DNA from: Ruditapes philippinarum
Taxonomy: Eukaryota
DNA: 58,385 nt
Direction of reading: 5' to 3'
Assembly (NCBI RefSeq): GCF_026571515.1
Contig: NW_026859660.1
Coordinates: forward strand, 1-58,385
In this document: in pieces, positions 1-14,100 of the stretch
Layout: every line of letters begins with the position of its first letter
How positions within the stretch are numbered: the stretch's first letter is position 1
Translations under genes and position numbers: made by a program
The notes under the pieces: model-generated
What the model was told of the DNA's origin: nothing
Database searches by the model: none
What the model saw: only the letters and a program-made list of their open reading frames with translations

Positions 1-430
1 ATATTGAAATGTTGTAATTTTTTAAAGGGGTTTTCCAGAAAATTCCCAAAAATCATATTTGATTTTTGCTAATTGTTTTTATTTAAAATGTCTTTTTAGA
101 AAAGTCCGCGAAAGTTTGCAATAATTCTACATTATATTAACAAAATAAATTTATCTAGTATAACTATAAATAATCTTAAGTCGGATCATGTTTGTTAATT
201 TTATTTCACTATAATAATGATCGTTTCATTCATCTTTATCAGTATGACTAATTGGCTCCTTGTTGTACGAGCATCTTTACTTTATGGTTATGAGACCTAA
301 CATTTCTAAAATCAATGAACTTTTAATTTATGTGATACCTATTTCTTTAGAATTGGCAAGCAATTAAATTCTGTATTACAAATTTAATAAGCATTGTACT
401 TAAAAACAGACGTAAACATTTTTCTAAAAA

Positions 431-540
431 CCCCGCCTCTCCTTTATATTATTTTATGAAATTAGCGTAGTTGATGTAGAGAATTTCCAAACGCCCCACT
501 TATATTTATTAAAATGCATGCCAATGCGCACCATAAATGT
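431..540 (+). promoter_or_regulatory. Promoter-like motif cluster (GC boxes, CCAAT, TGCRCNC, CATAAAT) retained in duplicated blocks
   Basis: CCCCGCCTC 431, ACGCCCCAC 491, CCAAT 521, TGCGCAC 525, CATAAAT 532, with related motifs at about 13838, 29305 and 30991. Motif occurrence only; no downstream gene identified. Confidence 0.25.
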
Positions 541-3500
541 TACACCATTGTTAAAATATATATCACAAGATATATTTGTGAATGTAACAATCACAGCAAA
601 CTATGTTGAACTGCTTTATCGTTTTAATTCGATACAAATTCATCAAATCAAGAAACGTGTTATGCTCATATTCTCAATTTCATTTGATTAACATACTGTT
701 TTGCTAAGTGATACACATAACAATATCAATTCGTGTTTCCTTAGAGACAACACATTCTGACGGCATAACGGATTTTTGTTAAGATAAATTTGACATATTA
801 GTTACTGATATTAACAAATCAGCTGAAACATTACAGCTTTTTAAATTAATGCAGAATCACAAGAGTTTGTGTTGGCGGAATAAAAGTAATCCATTTCCAA
901 TACGATATAATTATATATGAAACAAAATAATTCTTAGCAGTTGTTAGTAATTCATTAAACAAGAAATGTTAGAGAGTGTCGAATGCATAGTACACATGTC
1001 CGACTACTCAGGAGCAAATGACACCTATTGAGGGGTTTTAAGAATAGTTAGGGAATGAAGCAAATTAAAAACGAGGTATGCGCTGCTGTAAGTTTGATTT
1101 GTTTGAAATTTGTGTTTTTCAGTGTATAGGCAAATGATACTTTAAATTTTAAATCAAAATAAGGGAATAGGAGAAGGTCATTGCATTTCATCCTAATATT
1201 TCATCTTTGAACGATCTTTCTTTCACAACGAAACTCAGGAAATATTTGCATACGCTCGTTTGGTTAAATATGAATCTCAAACAAATATATTAAGTATAAT
1301 GGTTTGGAATACTTTCACGACAAAATTAAACCATGGAACAGATGTCAATCTATAGCATATTTTGTATGCTAAATATTCACAGGGACTTTTTCACAATGAT
1401 TGTTATAGTTGTAAAAAGTGACCCAAAATTTAAAAGCGTTGCAATTCTGATCGGTATAAAATAGCCAACAATTTAATCTATGTCTGAGTATGAGTATCTT
1501 TTTAAATTTCAGTTTGCATTAATAAAAACTATTTTCTGTTTTTCAAGTGACCTAGCTGATCTATGTAAGTAAGAATAAAAAAAAATGTCTTCAGGCTTTT
1601 TTATCTTAATGGAGTCTTAGCTGTATATATTCGTAACATGCCGATAATTCAAAATGGAAGCATTAATTGTTATCTTTGACCTAATGACTTTAATAGTTTT
1701 AGGGATCATCTTCTGGCAACGTACCCTGTCCAAATAATTTAATATGTAATTATGTAATTTGTAATTCGCCGATCGTTTCGTAGCAAAACATCTGTAATAT
1801 AAAACAATCATAATGTAAGCAATGACTTGTCTGGCACTTTTCGTTCTGACTCAAAATATGAAAGCCACATAATATGGAATCTTTTTATGTATCGTGACAA
1901 ATATCTTAGAGCCCTGTAACTCTAATGTTCTCTTTTATTTAAAGTAAAAATTGAAATTGCCTTATATTATCTTTACAATTATATTCACAAGTCAGTAGAA
2001 AATCTAGATTTGGCACTTCCAAACATCTTAATTTTTGCACTATTTAAGTTCTACAATCGAAATTTTAAATTGAAAGAAGACCTCTATTTGACTTGATTTC
2101 TTATTTAAAATATTACGGTGACTAGTATGTTGTTACAATTTTTAATATTCGATAGAAATCGTTCTTGTATGGTGAAAATCATTGAGGACAATATTATGAT
2201 AGAAATATAACTACCTTACATTTGTTGTAAGTTGTTCTAAAAAGGACTTTGCCATAGTACCGTACAATGCCATAGTTCTATAAATTCACTTTTTACTCTG
2301 GCAAAAGAAGTTGGGACAGATGTCTCCAGATGAACATAATCACGACGCCGCTTCGGTCCTCCTTTCTTCTGCAGCTCTGTTATATTTATATATAGTAAGC
2401 AGAATATAGTTAAACCGAAACGTCGACGAGTAGTATTTGATTAGGATTGACCATTCTGGTTATTGCTTTTCAGACTGCTGGATACCTGATTTCATGATAA
2501 TTTTAAAATTAAAATGTGATCAAAATGTAAATAAAAACAACTTTTTATCAAATGGGAATATTCGGTTGATTTTGTTGTTTCTGGATGTTTTTATCAAATA
2601 TTTATAGTAATTAGCTTCAAATGTCCGTGAAGGTTTTTCAAATATTTTTTTTTATGATAACTCAAAAACGAAAACGGTGACACCATTTTTCTGCTTAAAT
2701 ATTTCTGTTATCATATTTTAACAATATGCCAAGTTTAAAGAAATTCTATTTTAGAACAATTTTAATTTTATTATATGTCTATATGAAAACTCCCTAAAAC
2801 GTCCTTAATATATTGTGAATACTGCAGCTGATGTCCTCACTGGTCGCATTGACAGGCTTTGTTACCGCGAGCAAGATAATGGTTATACATTGACGTATAA
2901 AGTGTTGTGTCTATATCTAATTTAGCTTACAATGGACTTGATTAAACTCTTGCAGTCTTTTCGAAAGTGTGAAACAACCGTTTCATCTACTAAAGGTTAA
3001 GACGTTTGCTCGAACTGATCTATTTATCGCTTTGTCTATATTAGTTTTCACCTCCATTAAGCGAGAATTAATGGATTATTTGTTCGACCACATAGTTCAT
3101 CAAAATTAATATTAATTTTTCGGGTTTAACTACGTCTGGCATTTCTAGTATCGAAAGAAATAAGTTTATGATGTTTATTGGTCTAACAATTTGCTTTATC
3201 GGCGTCGATATCTAAACCTATTACAACAAAATCAGTCACATATCTGTCGGACTGGAAGGATAAACAAATAATAACAGATCATGGTAATGTAAGTTAAGGA
3301 GTCTCTGGATTCATGCCACGGTAGCGCCATTGGTATTTCGATAATGGAAAAATGTCAAGTGTGTTATATGAAAGCTCCTTCTTATGCACAAAACAAAGCC
3401 TAACTCGTACAACAGTATAGAAAGACAGTTTTAGAAAAGGCACTTAGATATTTGTATGTGGTATACCGATTGTAGTAAAAAATGAAATTTAAACTGTTCG

Positions 3501-4422
3501 ATAGTTTAATATGTTAAAAAGCAAGTTATTCGTTTCGTATTCAATTTCTAATCTTTTTTATTTATTGTATTAACAAAAGGATCGAAACAAATTGTTCAAA
3601 TCAAATGATTGAATATGATATGAATATTGATATGTAACTCCATTTAAACAAATTATAACTACAATTCATGTACCCGTATACAATCAATGAAATGAACTGC
3701 CTTATGACACATAGCACATAAAAATCTCTTTCGAATTATTTGATTTTACCCATAAAATATGGCGCTATATCAGTCAAATATATTTCGTATTTGAAAAGAA
3801 CTTCCCAAAGACTTTACCACATCACATAAAAATCTCTTTCGAAATATTAAATATTTCACTCATGTGACGAGTCCTTTTACGTTTTATGGAGATGGTCTTT
3901 TTGTATGTATTCTAATCAAATTTTCCACAAAGAATGCCTGCATATAATCTAATTGTGTGAAAAATGTGATTTGCATAAACTGGCAAAATAAAACAGTATG
4001 CATTAAGTAAACAAATAATTAGATATTTTTCCTATTTTTGCTGCTGTTATAATTATTGGAATTGTTCGTTAAATGCGATTTACCAGAAGGATCAGTAAAT
4101 CAACTATACAGATAAACAACTATAATGTTACAATTATGGAAGGACTATTTAAAACAATGGTCAGTGGACTAACTGTCAAATGTTTACAATTATCAGGGAT
4201 ATTATAGTCTGAATTAGATTTATCTATCATGTTCCTTATAAAATGCACACAAAGTTAAGAACATATAGAAATTCTGTTCTGGCTTAAAAATGTCTGCTTT
4301 ATTCATGTTCGATATGTTCAAAGGTGATTTAAGCCAAACATTTGTGATTGAAGAATTTGTCAAACAAATAGACAGATGGTCGCTAGTCAGACGTGATACA
4401 GTCAGTTATGAAATACTAAATA

Positions 4423-4600
4423 TCTGGAAAAACGCAATCCATAGGAAGCATTAAAGCAGTAAAATTACATGAAAACTCGGTTTGAAATTGTTTGTACATG
4501 AGGTATAATAAAAAAGTGCAACATCTCGCACGCCCCCTAGCACCGGCTTGAGCGATGATCAATTCTCAAGACTTTAAAGTGCTGGAGTCACTGATCCTGA
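4423..4600 (-). other. Decayed copy of the structured cloverleaf-like element
   Basis: TGCAACATCTCGCACGCCCCCTAGCACCGGCTTGAGCG..AATTCTCAA aligns with 48958-49141 over its whole length. The stems are partly broken. Confidence 0.8.
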
Positions 4601-7482
4601 AGCATCAGAAAATATAACAATACTGAAGTGAAATAAGGGGAAACTTTTTAACGGCTGCCAAACAGCATTTTACACCTGCTGTTTACACTAGGAACCTTAA
4701 GCTGGTACAAAGAAACTTTAATTATCAAATATTTTATTCTTTTAGGATTAAAAAACAACATTATTGAAAGGTAGTAGTAGAGTTAGTAATTCAGTTCATC
4801 ATAGGAATGCAAAATGCAAATTTTTTTAGCGTATTCGTTTTAACCCCTTTTATTTTAAAATACCATTTTTGATCTTCAGAATTCATTGCCCTAAAACTAT
4901 ATAGGTTCCAGTGACTAATTTTTGCGTGTCAAAATGAAACTGGAGTCTTCCCTTTGAAGAAAATAGGTGCTACTTTGTCCCTTCTTTCCTTTGTCCACAT
5001 GAGCAAGAGGGAAATCGATATGTCTTAAGGTGATGTAACGCACACAATTAATACATTTCGATAATATTTTGCCAATTACATTAAATTTTAAGTTGATCTG
5101 GATAAAATTATTTGTCTTATTCAAAAATAATCATTTACCTTTTGACAACGTTGCTTTATAGTTTGTTCAACACAATAGCTAAACCACACTAACGATATTT
5201 TTACTAGACTAGTGTTATTACAAAGTGGACAATCTGTAGCAGGAATACGATGAGTAATTGAAGTGCTACAGTATTAAGACAGATGCATTTAACTCGATCT
5301 ATGAAATGTCACTCACGAAGCCTGCTGACTCTTTAGATCCTGGCGGCTTTTCGTAATTAATAGATTAACATAATACAGTTTCTTACTAGCTTATATAACA
5401 ACATATAAGAAAAAACGTTTGTTTTTAACTTGATTTGATTAATTTATTACGTATTGTATTTCTCGTCACAATTTCAATAATGACAATTTGAAACACTTAT
5501 TGTGTTGATTGTTATTGTTCTTCAGAAAGCCTCAATAAACAGAATCTGACAGTGTTAAATGGACTAGACAATTATTTACTTACTTTCTATTAGATATCAA
5601 ATCTCAAAGACGATGCGTATTTTTCACTCTATTTTGGAACATTAAGTAAAAGGAATTATAACAGATTAAAAAAAGACTAATACTGAAAAATGGTATCTAA
5701 GAGTTGTCCGCTTTTTCGCTTTATACATGACGAAGAAGCAAACTGTACAATTAATAAAGACTTATGCTGAAAATAGGCATTAAAAATTGTCCGCTTTTTC
5801 GTAAATTTTTACATGTCAAAGAAGCAAACTGTACAATTTGCCAAGTAAATAGCAAAGCAGTTGTTATAAAGACAGGACAGAAGCAACGTTTTGCATGCTT
5901 AAAGAATTTTGCCGAACTATTTTGAATTGTCACTGTTATATTCTATCCTTTTAAAGGAATGGATTTAAAAAAAAGCTTCTTTTATTACAGATACGTTTTA
6001 TAGAAGCTTAATACTGATACATTTGTTCGACACAGTTAACATTTAGATCTCAATGATAGTGCTTAAGTATTATTCTTACAGATTAGAGATGAAATTACGG
6101 AAATGATCAATCACTGTGACAAAGACATTTTATGTCTTGTAGACATAACAGCTTCTAAATCTAGTAGTTTCAATTTCAGAAATTGTAAAATGATACAAGC
6201 TTACATATGTGTCAATGTTATTGCTTTGAAAATGTTACTGTAATTTATTCTGTTTCAAAGTAGATATAGTATTTTTTTCTTTGTTTCTGTGTAATCGGAT
6301 CTTGTATAATTCTTGACAATGAAACAACAATCGTGTTTAAGCTTGATAAATGAGATTTCACATTGTATCATTATTTCGTGCAAACTAATGGAATGATTGT
6401 AAGATATCTTCAGATTCCGTTTCCTGATTAGTATCATTTCCGACTAAAATTGTTTTTTTGTGGAATGTTTTCTGTTGTTATATGTTTCGTATGGATTTTC
6501 CAAGAACCTTATCAGTTTAAGCTGCCATACTGTCCAATATGATATTTAATGTATCTTTTGTTCACATGAAAAATTATTATTGATTTGTTCATACGTTAAT
6601 TAATTTATTAAGTAATTACTAATGAAATAGGTCTGCACATTTAAAGCATGTTCAGCGTAGCTAAAAATTGCATAATCGACATTTACTAATGTATTCATAA
6701 CAAACCAAATGCAGAGAAATATGCAGAGAATATCGATGGCCCAAAATTGCTCACATTATTTTCTCTCGATTGTCGGACAGCTTGGTACAGATTACTGGCA
6801 CTATTTGTACATTGTTTCAGATAAAAATTAAAAACTTGAAATAATGTATAAAAGTTTTCCAGTAATTAACAATGTTTTATGGAATTTGTCAATCACTTGC
6901 TACATTTCCTCTCCAAAATATTTTGTTCAAAAAACGGAAGCAATCGATTCTAAAAGACATTGGTGGTATGATTAAGGGGAAGATGGAAATATTTGTAATT
7001 CTTTAGTGGCGTTTCCTGTACATTGCCAGAAAGTCATAATTTGAGTTTGCTAATTGTATTTACTTAAAAGTCATTTAGATAAAGTCGCCGCGAAAGTTTG
7101 CAATACTTCTTCATTATATTAACAGAATGAATATACCTAGTGTAACTATAAGACATGTATTATAGACTTATGTCGGAAAATTTAATTTCACTATAATACT
7201 GATCGATTCATTTATGTTTATCAGTATCATGGCTAATTTGCTCCTTCTTGTACGAGCATCTTTATTATATGGTTATGGGAACTAACTTATTTAACATTTC
7301 GAAAATTCATGAACTTTTAATTTATGTGATACCTATTTGTTTAGAATTGGCAAGCAAATAAAAAACCACATTTTATTCTACATATAACACTTGATCCATA
7401 TACAAGGTAAAACATATTCACAAGTTACAAATGTTCTTGACAATGGTTTTGAAATGTAAACGTCAATGGTTCCAATAATTAT

Positions 7483-7815
7483 AAAGTAAAAAAGTAAAGT
7501 AAAAGTAATGGCATTTTATAGTCTAAGTTTCATGCTTACGCACGTTCACCGACTTTACAGCTATTACCCCTGGTCATCGGGCTACTGGTATCTATCTATC
7601 AATCTCCCTGGGGAGTCTTTTAACTCCGCTTAGTGCAGCCGACACTTGGCGCAACGGAATTATACCACCCTCGCAGGTACCCATTTACACCTGGGTGAAG
7701 TGAAGCAATCGCAGGTAAATTTCTTGCTCAAGGAAATTAGCAGTGCCCCTGGTGGGGTTCGAACCCGGGACCTCTCGATCCCTAAGCGCGCGTTCTACCA
7801 CTGGACTACTGCTCC
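7483..7815 (-). mobile_element. Full-length tRNA-derived SINE with CORE-like central domain
   Basis: Minus strand: A box (TAGTCCAGTGG), B box (GGTTCGAACCC), CCTTGAGCAAG...CACCCAGGTGTAAATGGGTACC, and a (TTTAC)n tail. Absent from the paralogous site near 14885. Degenerate target duplication CAATAATTAT / CATAAATTAT. Confidence 0.9.
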
Positions 7816-8639
7816 TACATAAATTATCATTTTGTTTGCCTGAAAGGATCCGTCTGAAATAGTTTGTTTAATAGAAAGACCATAAAATTTAGACAGCAAA
7901 AATGTGAACAAAATAATGTAAAATATACCGACAAGCGTGTTAAAGAGGGCAAAAAATACAAATACTACATAGTTAAAAAACAAGATTGTGAAGTGAATGT
8001 TATAATGATTTCTAATAGATTCAATATAGAAGTATTTCCGTCATCGAAACACACTTTCTAACAATTCTAACTATGTCATGTCTAATTACTGGTTTAAGAT
8101 GATGTTTAATAAAGGAAAACAGTTGAGCTTTAAATGACTTGATTGACAACGCACTGGTACAACTTGACTCAAACAGATGTCCTTTAAAATGATTTAAAAT
8201 GATTTGGTAGAGTGACAGTTTACATTAGAATCAAGACCGTCTTATAGGTTTATATGAGTGCTTTGACTTAATTAAGAACAAAAACAGATGTTTTGCGAGT
8301 AAGCTTCCATGCATTTTGTTTTTCTTTGCATTTGAATTGTTATTCATATTAACATAGTTAAATTGAATCACATAATTATATTGTTATATAGGAAATCGTT
8401 AGAGAAAATATTAAATCAATTCTCAGTGGGCTAAAACATTCATGATAACAAATTAGTACAACGTCATGAATGATGCGTTTTTACAGAATATAGGGAAAAA
8501 TACAAAATAAACCTTTCAAAAAGTATCCGTCCAAATGTTTATCAATTATCAACACGCACGATATTATTTGCCATTATGATGATGAAACACAGGAACAGAA
8601 TTAAGATTGTCACAGGGATTTTATTACGATCACTTTGTT

Positions 8640-9205
8640 AACACAATAAGTATAAAGGATAGTAAAAGTAATATAAAACGAATAACTTAAATTGTTACAT
8701 GAGCTATCTTGCAGTTTTAGTTTCATTTTCATTTTAACTTCAATTGATATTTAGCATACAAATATCTAAGAACATTTCCTGAAACTGAAAGTGTGATATG
8801 TTTGCAGTTTTAAGCTTTTTGTTGTCTGTATAAGAAAGGAGCTTACACATTTGACAGTTATCCATTATCAAAACAGCGCTGACACTATTGCGGAATTAAT
8901 GCAGAGAAGCCCTAACTTACATTAACAAGATCTGCTATTATTTGTTTTCTCTTCCAATCGGACAGATAGGTGACTGATTAGGTTGTAATAGGTTTGGATG
9001 TAGACGCTGATGAAGCAATTTTATAGACCACTGCGCATCAAGTGAACTAATTTCTGTTGGTATTGATAGAAATGCAAGACGTAATTTAACCCGTAAATGA
9101 ATAATTGATGAACTATGTGGTCTTATAAATAATCCATTTAGTCTCGCTTAATGAAGGTGATAATTATATAGACAAAAGGATAAACAAGTCAGTTCAAACA
9201 AACCA
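8640..9205 (-). repeat. Inverted copy of duplicated block 3005-3580 / 21555-22100
   Basis: GACAGATAGGTGACTGATTAGGTTGTAATAGGTT is the reverse complement of AACCTATTACAACCCAATCAGTCACCTATCAGTC (21745); similarity continues for about 550 bp. Confidence 0.9.
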
Positions 9206-9331
9206 CTTATTTGTCGATGTACTAGTTACTGTATAGTGTTGAAAATTTGATGCTTACATATTCAAAATGTATTATAATATATTGCTGAAGAAAAACATAT
9301 TTTGCGATAAAATAGACGAATAACAAAACAA

Positions 9332-9715
9332 AACAAGATGTCCCTAGATTGCTGACCTGACCCATCGAACTCATCCGAACAATTACCTAGACAAGCATTC
9401 ATAGACCAAGTTTCATGACAGGTGAGTCAAAAATGTGACCACTAGAGTGTTAACAAGGAATATCCATATTTGAGCAGTGTGACCTAGATTTTGACCCCAG
9501 GTGACCGCTGACCCATATTCGAACTTGACCTAGAAATCATCAAGACGAACTTTCAGACCAAATTCCAGGATATCTGGATTAAAACAGTAGCCACTAAAAT
9601 GTTAACAAGATTTTTCTATTTTTAGCTCCTGTAACCTAGCTTTTCATGCGAGATGAACCATGTTAGAACACATCCGATCAATTACCTAGACAAGCATCCT
9701 GATCAAGTTTGATGA
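9332..9715 (+). mobile_element. Truncated non-autonomous element with internal tandem repeats (HINE/MITE-like)
   Basis: Starts AACAAG; TGACC-rich units repeated (CATCCGAACAATTACCTAGACAAGCAT twice, GTGTTAACAAG twice). Absent from paralogous copies. Confidence 0.7.
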
Positions 9716-11017
9716 TAAAATAATTGATTTTAATAATTGTGTTCGTCCATTTCTATAAATAATCATTTGCCTGGGAAAACGTTGCTTTATTGTTTATTCA
9801 ACAAAATAGCAAAACCACTTTTACGACATTTTTACTAGTGCTATTACATACAAAGTGGACAACTATAATCCAAAATGTAGCAGGAAATAATTTAATAGAA
9901 TGGAATGGGAAATTATTCACCTAGTTCTAGTTGACCTAGTTCATATTGCAACAAGAAATAGTTGTTAAAGTTGAGTTTCTCATTTGTTTTTAACAAAGCT
10001 TTCTACTTCATGGTATACATAATGATACCAATGACATAATCCTCAGGGAAAACATTACACTTTACTTTAATTAAGTTATCAGAAGATTTGACGTATAAAA
10101 ATGTTGCAGTTTGTAAATTAAGATCCAATGGTAGTGATTTATATATTTGGAATTCGAATATTTGCCTAATATCAATATTTGAAAAACAACAATATCTAAA
10201 ATCACTTTTAACTGTAAGGCGCATACATTCAAATCTTTCTTAATTTTGTCAGGATAATTCATTAAAGTCAATAAAATATGCATACGTTTTAATGTTCGGA
10301 ATGCAAAATCAAGTTATTTTTTACATCTTTATTTGAAAACGTTTTAAAAAAATTTAATTTCAAAGTCATATTGAAATGTTGACATTTTCGTCATACATCG
10401 CCGGATCTATTTCGCTTTTTAGAAGACAGATAGTCAACAACATTTGCTTTGACTAGGTCTGTATTTCAGAGATACTGAAAGGTCACTCACGTAGACTGCT
10501 GACTCTTAAGATCCATATTAAAAAAAAGAGCTCCCGGCGAATTTTCGTCATTTCTAGAAAAACAGATTACAGTTTCTTACTAGCTTATACAACATCCTAT
10601 AAAGAAAAATACGTTTGATTTAAATTTGATTTGGTTTATTCTGTATTGTATTTCTCCTCACATATTAAATAATGGCAGTTTGAAACAAGTACTCTGCTGT
10701 TTGTTATTGTTTCTCAGAAAGCCTCAATAAAGAGAAACTGACAGTGCTAAATGGACTAGACAATTGTTTTTAATTAGATATATATAAGTTATCAAATCTC
10801 TTTTCACTCTATTTCGGAACATAAAGTAAGACGATTTACAGTTATAATAACGTCTATAGCTGTAAAACGTGATCTAAGAATTTGTTTTCGCTGTTGTCAT
10901 TTTCGGTATTTTATAAATTACAAAGAAGCAAGCTATACAATCTGCAAAGTAAATATCAATATAGTTGTTAATTACAGAGAGAACAGAGGTAACGCAAGGC
11001 ATGCTTAATAAGATGGT

Positions 11018-11124
11018 CTGAAATAATGCACGGAAGGGCACCTGAGGTCTTCCTCTACCAGTAAAGCTGAAACGTCGCGATATGACCTATACAGTGTCGA
11101 TGTGACGTAAAACAAACAAACAAA
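11018..11124 (+). mobile_element. 5'-truncated SINE 3' end with (AAAC)n tail and 12-bp target-site duplication
   Basis: TAATAAGATGGT at 11006-11017 and 11125-11136; body GGCACCTGAGGTCTTCCTCTACCAGTAAAGCTG..GATATGACC; empty sites near 5900 and 24770. Confidence 0.88.
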
Positions 11125-14100
11125 TAATAAGATGGTTGCCAAAAGATTTTGAATTCATTATTTTAAATATATTCTATCCTATTAAAGGTATGAATTAAAA
11201 AACTGGAAACAAAAAAACTTACAGATACAGGCAAAACACATTATCCTGTCAAAGTACATAAAAGCAAAACAAATGGTATAAATTATAATTGTATTGACAT
11301 TTTAGAGGATACTTTGTTTCAGAAAAGCTTGCATTTAGATCATTAAGAGCTTTCAGTCTGTAGATACAATAACGGGAATCAATCATTGTGTCAAAGACTT
11401 TTCAGCTTAATTTTAATCTCTTAAATTGTGAGTACTATTGGCATATAATAACTAATAAAAGTGATTTGGAACTTCATCGTTTGTCAGAGGAAAGATAAAC
11501 GTTATAGTTATAATATCCAAATTAATAGGCATTGCTATTGAAAATTCAATTTTTGCGAAAACCTTTTGCAATTAATAAAGTAGTTTTAATTAAGGAAATT
11601 GTAAAATGATATAAGCTTTAATATTTGTCAACGACTTTGCTTTCATATGTCACTGTCATTTATTCTATTTCTATCTAGATGTTGTAATTTCTTTGTCTTT
11701 GTTTCTGTGAAATGTTTTTTTTAAAATAATCATGCTATATAATCAAACAAACTACTAGCTTTTATTATTAAATGTCTAGAGTTGAGAGTTGATTTTTATA
11801 GCATAATATGTTCACTTTTTTATGTTTAAATATTCACATCTGTTTCCTAAGCATGGTTACTTGTTTGTTATAAGGTGGGAAATTGCTGCGTTTTAATGTA
11901 CACTAGGTTTTCAATGCGTTGCAAATATACAGAAATTCCTTGCACCATTGTAACATTTATTTCATATAATTGCAAGAAACAAAGTACTGTGACTTTTTTT
12001 TACCTTTGTAACAGTAGACATTTCTTAGTCACATGATACACTTTTATTTACAGTAAAAATAACTCCTTGGTCGAAAGAAAATCAACATTACAAAAAAGTT
12101 AGTGGTAATAAATAAGAAAATTTCATTTTTAGATTACCATATATTCTTAGCTGTTTAAATTGCTACTTACTCATGTTCAGAAATAAATAAACATATTAAC
12201 AATATATTTTTATATTAACAACAACAGCGATTTTATTATGACTCATGCACTTTATGCGTCTCTTTTTGAAACCATTTAAATAGCTATATGTTTTTGCTCT
12301 TACACAGACTTGTATCGGATCCGATATAATTCTTGACATTGAAACAACAATCGTCTTTAAGCTTGATAAATGAGTTTTCGCATTGTATCGTTATCTTGTG
12401 TAAACTAATGGAATGAATGTAAGATATCGTCAGATCCCGTTTATTGATAAGTATAAGTTTCTTCTAAAATTGGGTATTATTTTGTGGTGTGTTTTCTATT
12501 GTTATTTTATACGTTTAGACTTTCTAATAAACCACTCAGTTTAAGCTGACAGACTATCCGAAATAATAATTAATATATATATTGTTATATGTTGAAATAT
12601 TAAATGTCAATGTATTGAAAAAAATTGAATAATTGATAAGGTCTGTTTCTTTGAAGCCTGTTTAACGTAGATAGAAACAGCATTTTACTAATTTATTAAG
12701 AACATTTCCTGACACATTCATAACAAACCCAGTGCAGAGAAACATACAAAGAATATGGTATCAGTTTGCCAAAAATTTTATTCTTCAAATGTGTTCAAAC
12801 TGTTTTAACTCGAATGTCAGATAGCTGGAAACAGATTGTTGGCGCCAATATCAACTGAGAATAATGAATGAAGTTATTGGCATTTGTTCTTTCATTTATT
12901 AACATTTTTTCTTTGATATATTTTGTCAATTGCTTGCTACATTTTAAATCATTTCTCTTTGAAAATGTTTTCTTCAGTAACGAGATCAATCAATTCTATA
13001 AGAAAATAGTGGTATGCTTTAGGCAGCAAAGATTCATATATTTGTAATTCTTAGAGACGTTTTCTGTATATTGTCACAAAAGTCATAATTTTCGTTTACT
13101 TACATCGAACTTACTTAAATGTCATTTACACAAAATCACGAAAAAAGGTTGCAATAATTATACACTATTTTGAAATATAATGAAGTGACCGAGCAAATAT
13201 TGATCTTTGGCTCACCGTAGAAAAAGGACAGCATATTCACTATACGATTAAGAGTACAAACACTGCTTATCAAACATTTCTAAAATTCACGATGTTAACT
13301 TGAGAAGCATAATATGTACTGAACTTTAACATTGAGAATTTTAATTTAGGTGATATGTATTTATTAAGAAATTGTAAGAAATCAAAATTTGTAATAACTA
13401 CAAACTTAAACCAGGAGACGTTAAGAAAAAATATATTGCCGTAAAGGAAATATTCAGTAATTATTGAGTGGCTTCATTACCTGTGCTGTTTTGGTTGTTA
13501 CACAAACAATCATTCCAGTCACTGTTATATGTTATGTCACCCAAAAAAGAAAAAAAAAGAAACAAAAAGTAAGACAGGTATCAATATAATGATACAAATT
13601 ATTGGAACAAGACAGATCAACAATAAAGTACAAAAATGATCATAAATGTTCTTTCGGTTTTCATTTGAGAATTTAAATCGATAAAGATTTAAGCATAATG
13701 AACCTGACTTTTAAATATTCAAGTTTATCAAATTTCTTTGAGACAAAACCTGCCTTTCCTGTTTATGGATTTATTTAATTAGCTTAGTTGATATCAGGAA
13801 TTCTCCAAAGCTCCACTTATATTTATAAAAATTCATTCCAATGCGCGCCATAAATATTACACCAACGTAATTATACAACAATTGAGACACTGGCGAATGT
13901 AACAATCACAGCAAGCTATATTGAATTGCTTTATCGTTTTAGTTCATTACAAAATAAACAAATTTAGAAACGTGTTATGCTTGAATTCTCTATTGTATGT
14001 TGATAAACATACTGTTTTGCTGAGTGGTACATATTACAATATCATTTCGCTTTTCCTTTGAAACAATAAATTCTGACAGCGTAACGGTTTCGTTTGATTT

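Larger units (their letters stand above)
91..7360 (+). repeat. Copy A of a diverged multi-kb tandem (segmental) duplication unit
   Basis: Blocks recur downstream: 430-1010 matches 13745-14360, 29240-29710 and 30900-31015; 2831-4575 matches 21385-23170; 4790-5245 matches 23390-23865; 6291-6540 matches 12311-12570 and 26926-27175; 6600-7360 matches 12620-13390 and 28020-28800. Confidence 0.9.

Noticed and set aside
2500-2808. TTAA-ended (Kolobok- or piggyBac-like) elements here and at about 31015-31330 and 38635-38897
   Set aside because: Only one end or very decayed ends are visible, and I could not pair the TIRs confidently.
4930-5045. Conserved coding exon shared with 23550-23670 (also 2831-2900 vs 21385-21455, and 15458-15530 vs 30039-30110)
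   Set aside because: Mixed synonymous and non-synonymous changes, with stops, indels or non-conserved splice signals between the copies.
5703-5840. Local direct repeats (also 3716-3845)
   Set aside because: Simple small tandem duplications private to one copy, with no sign of function.
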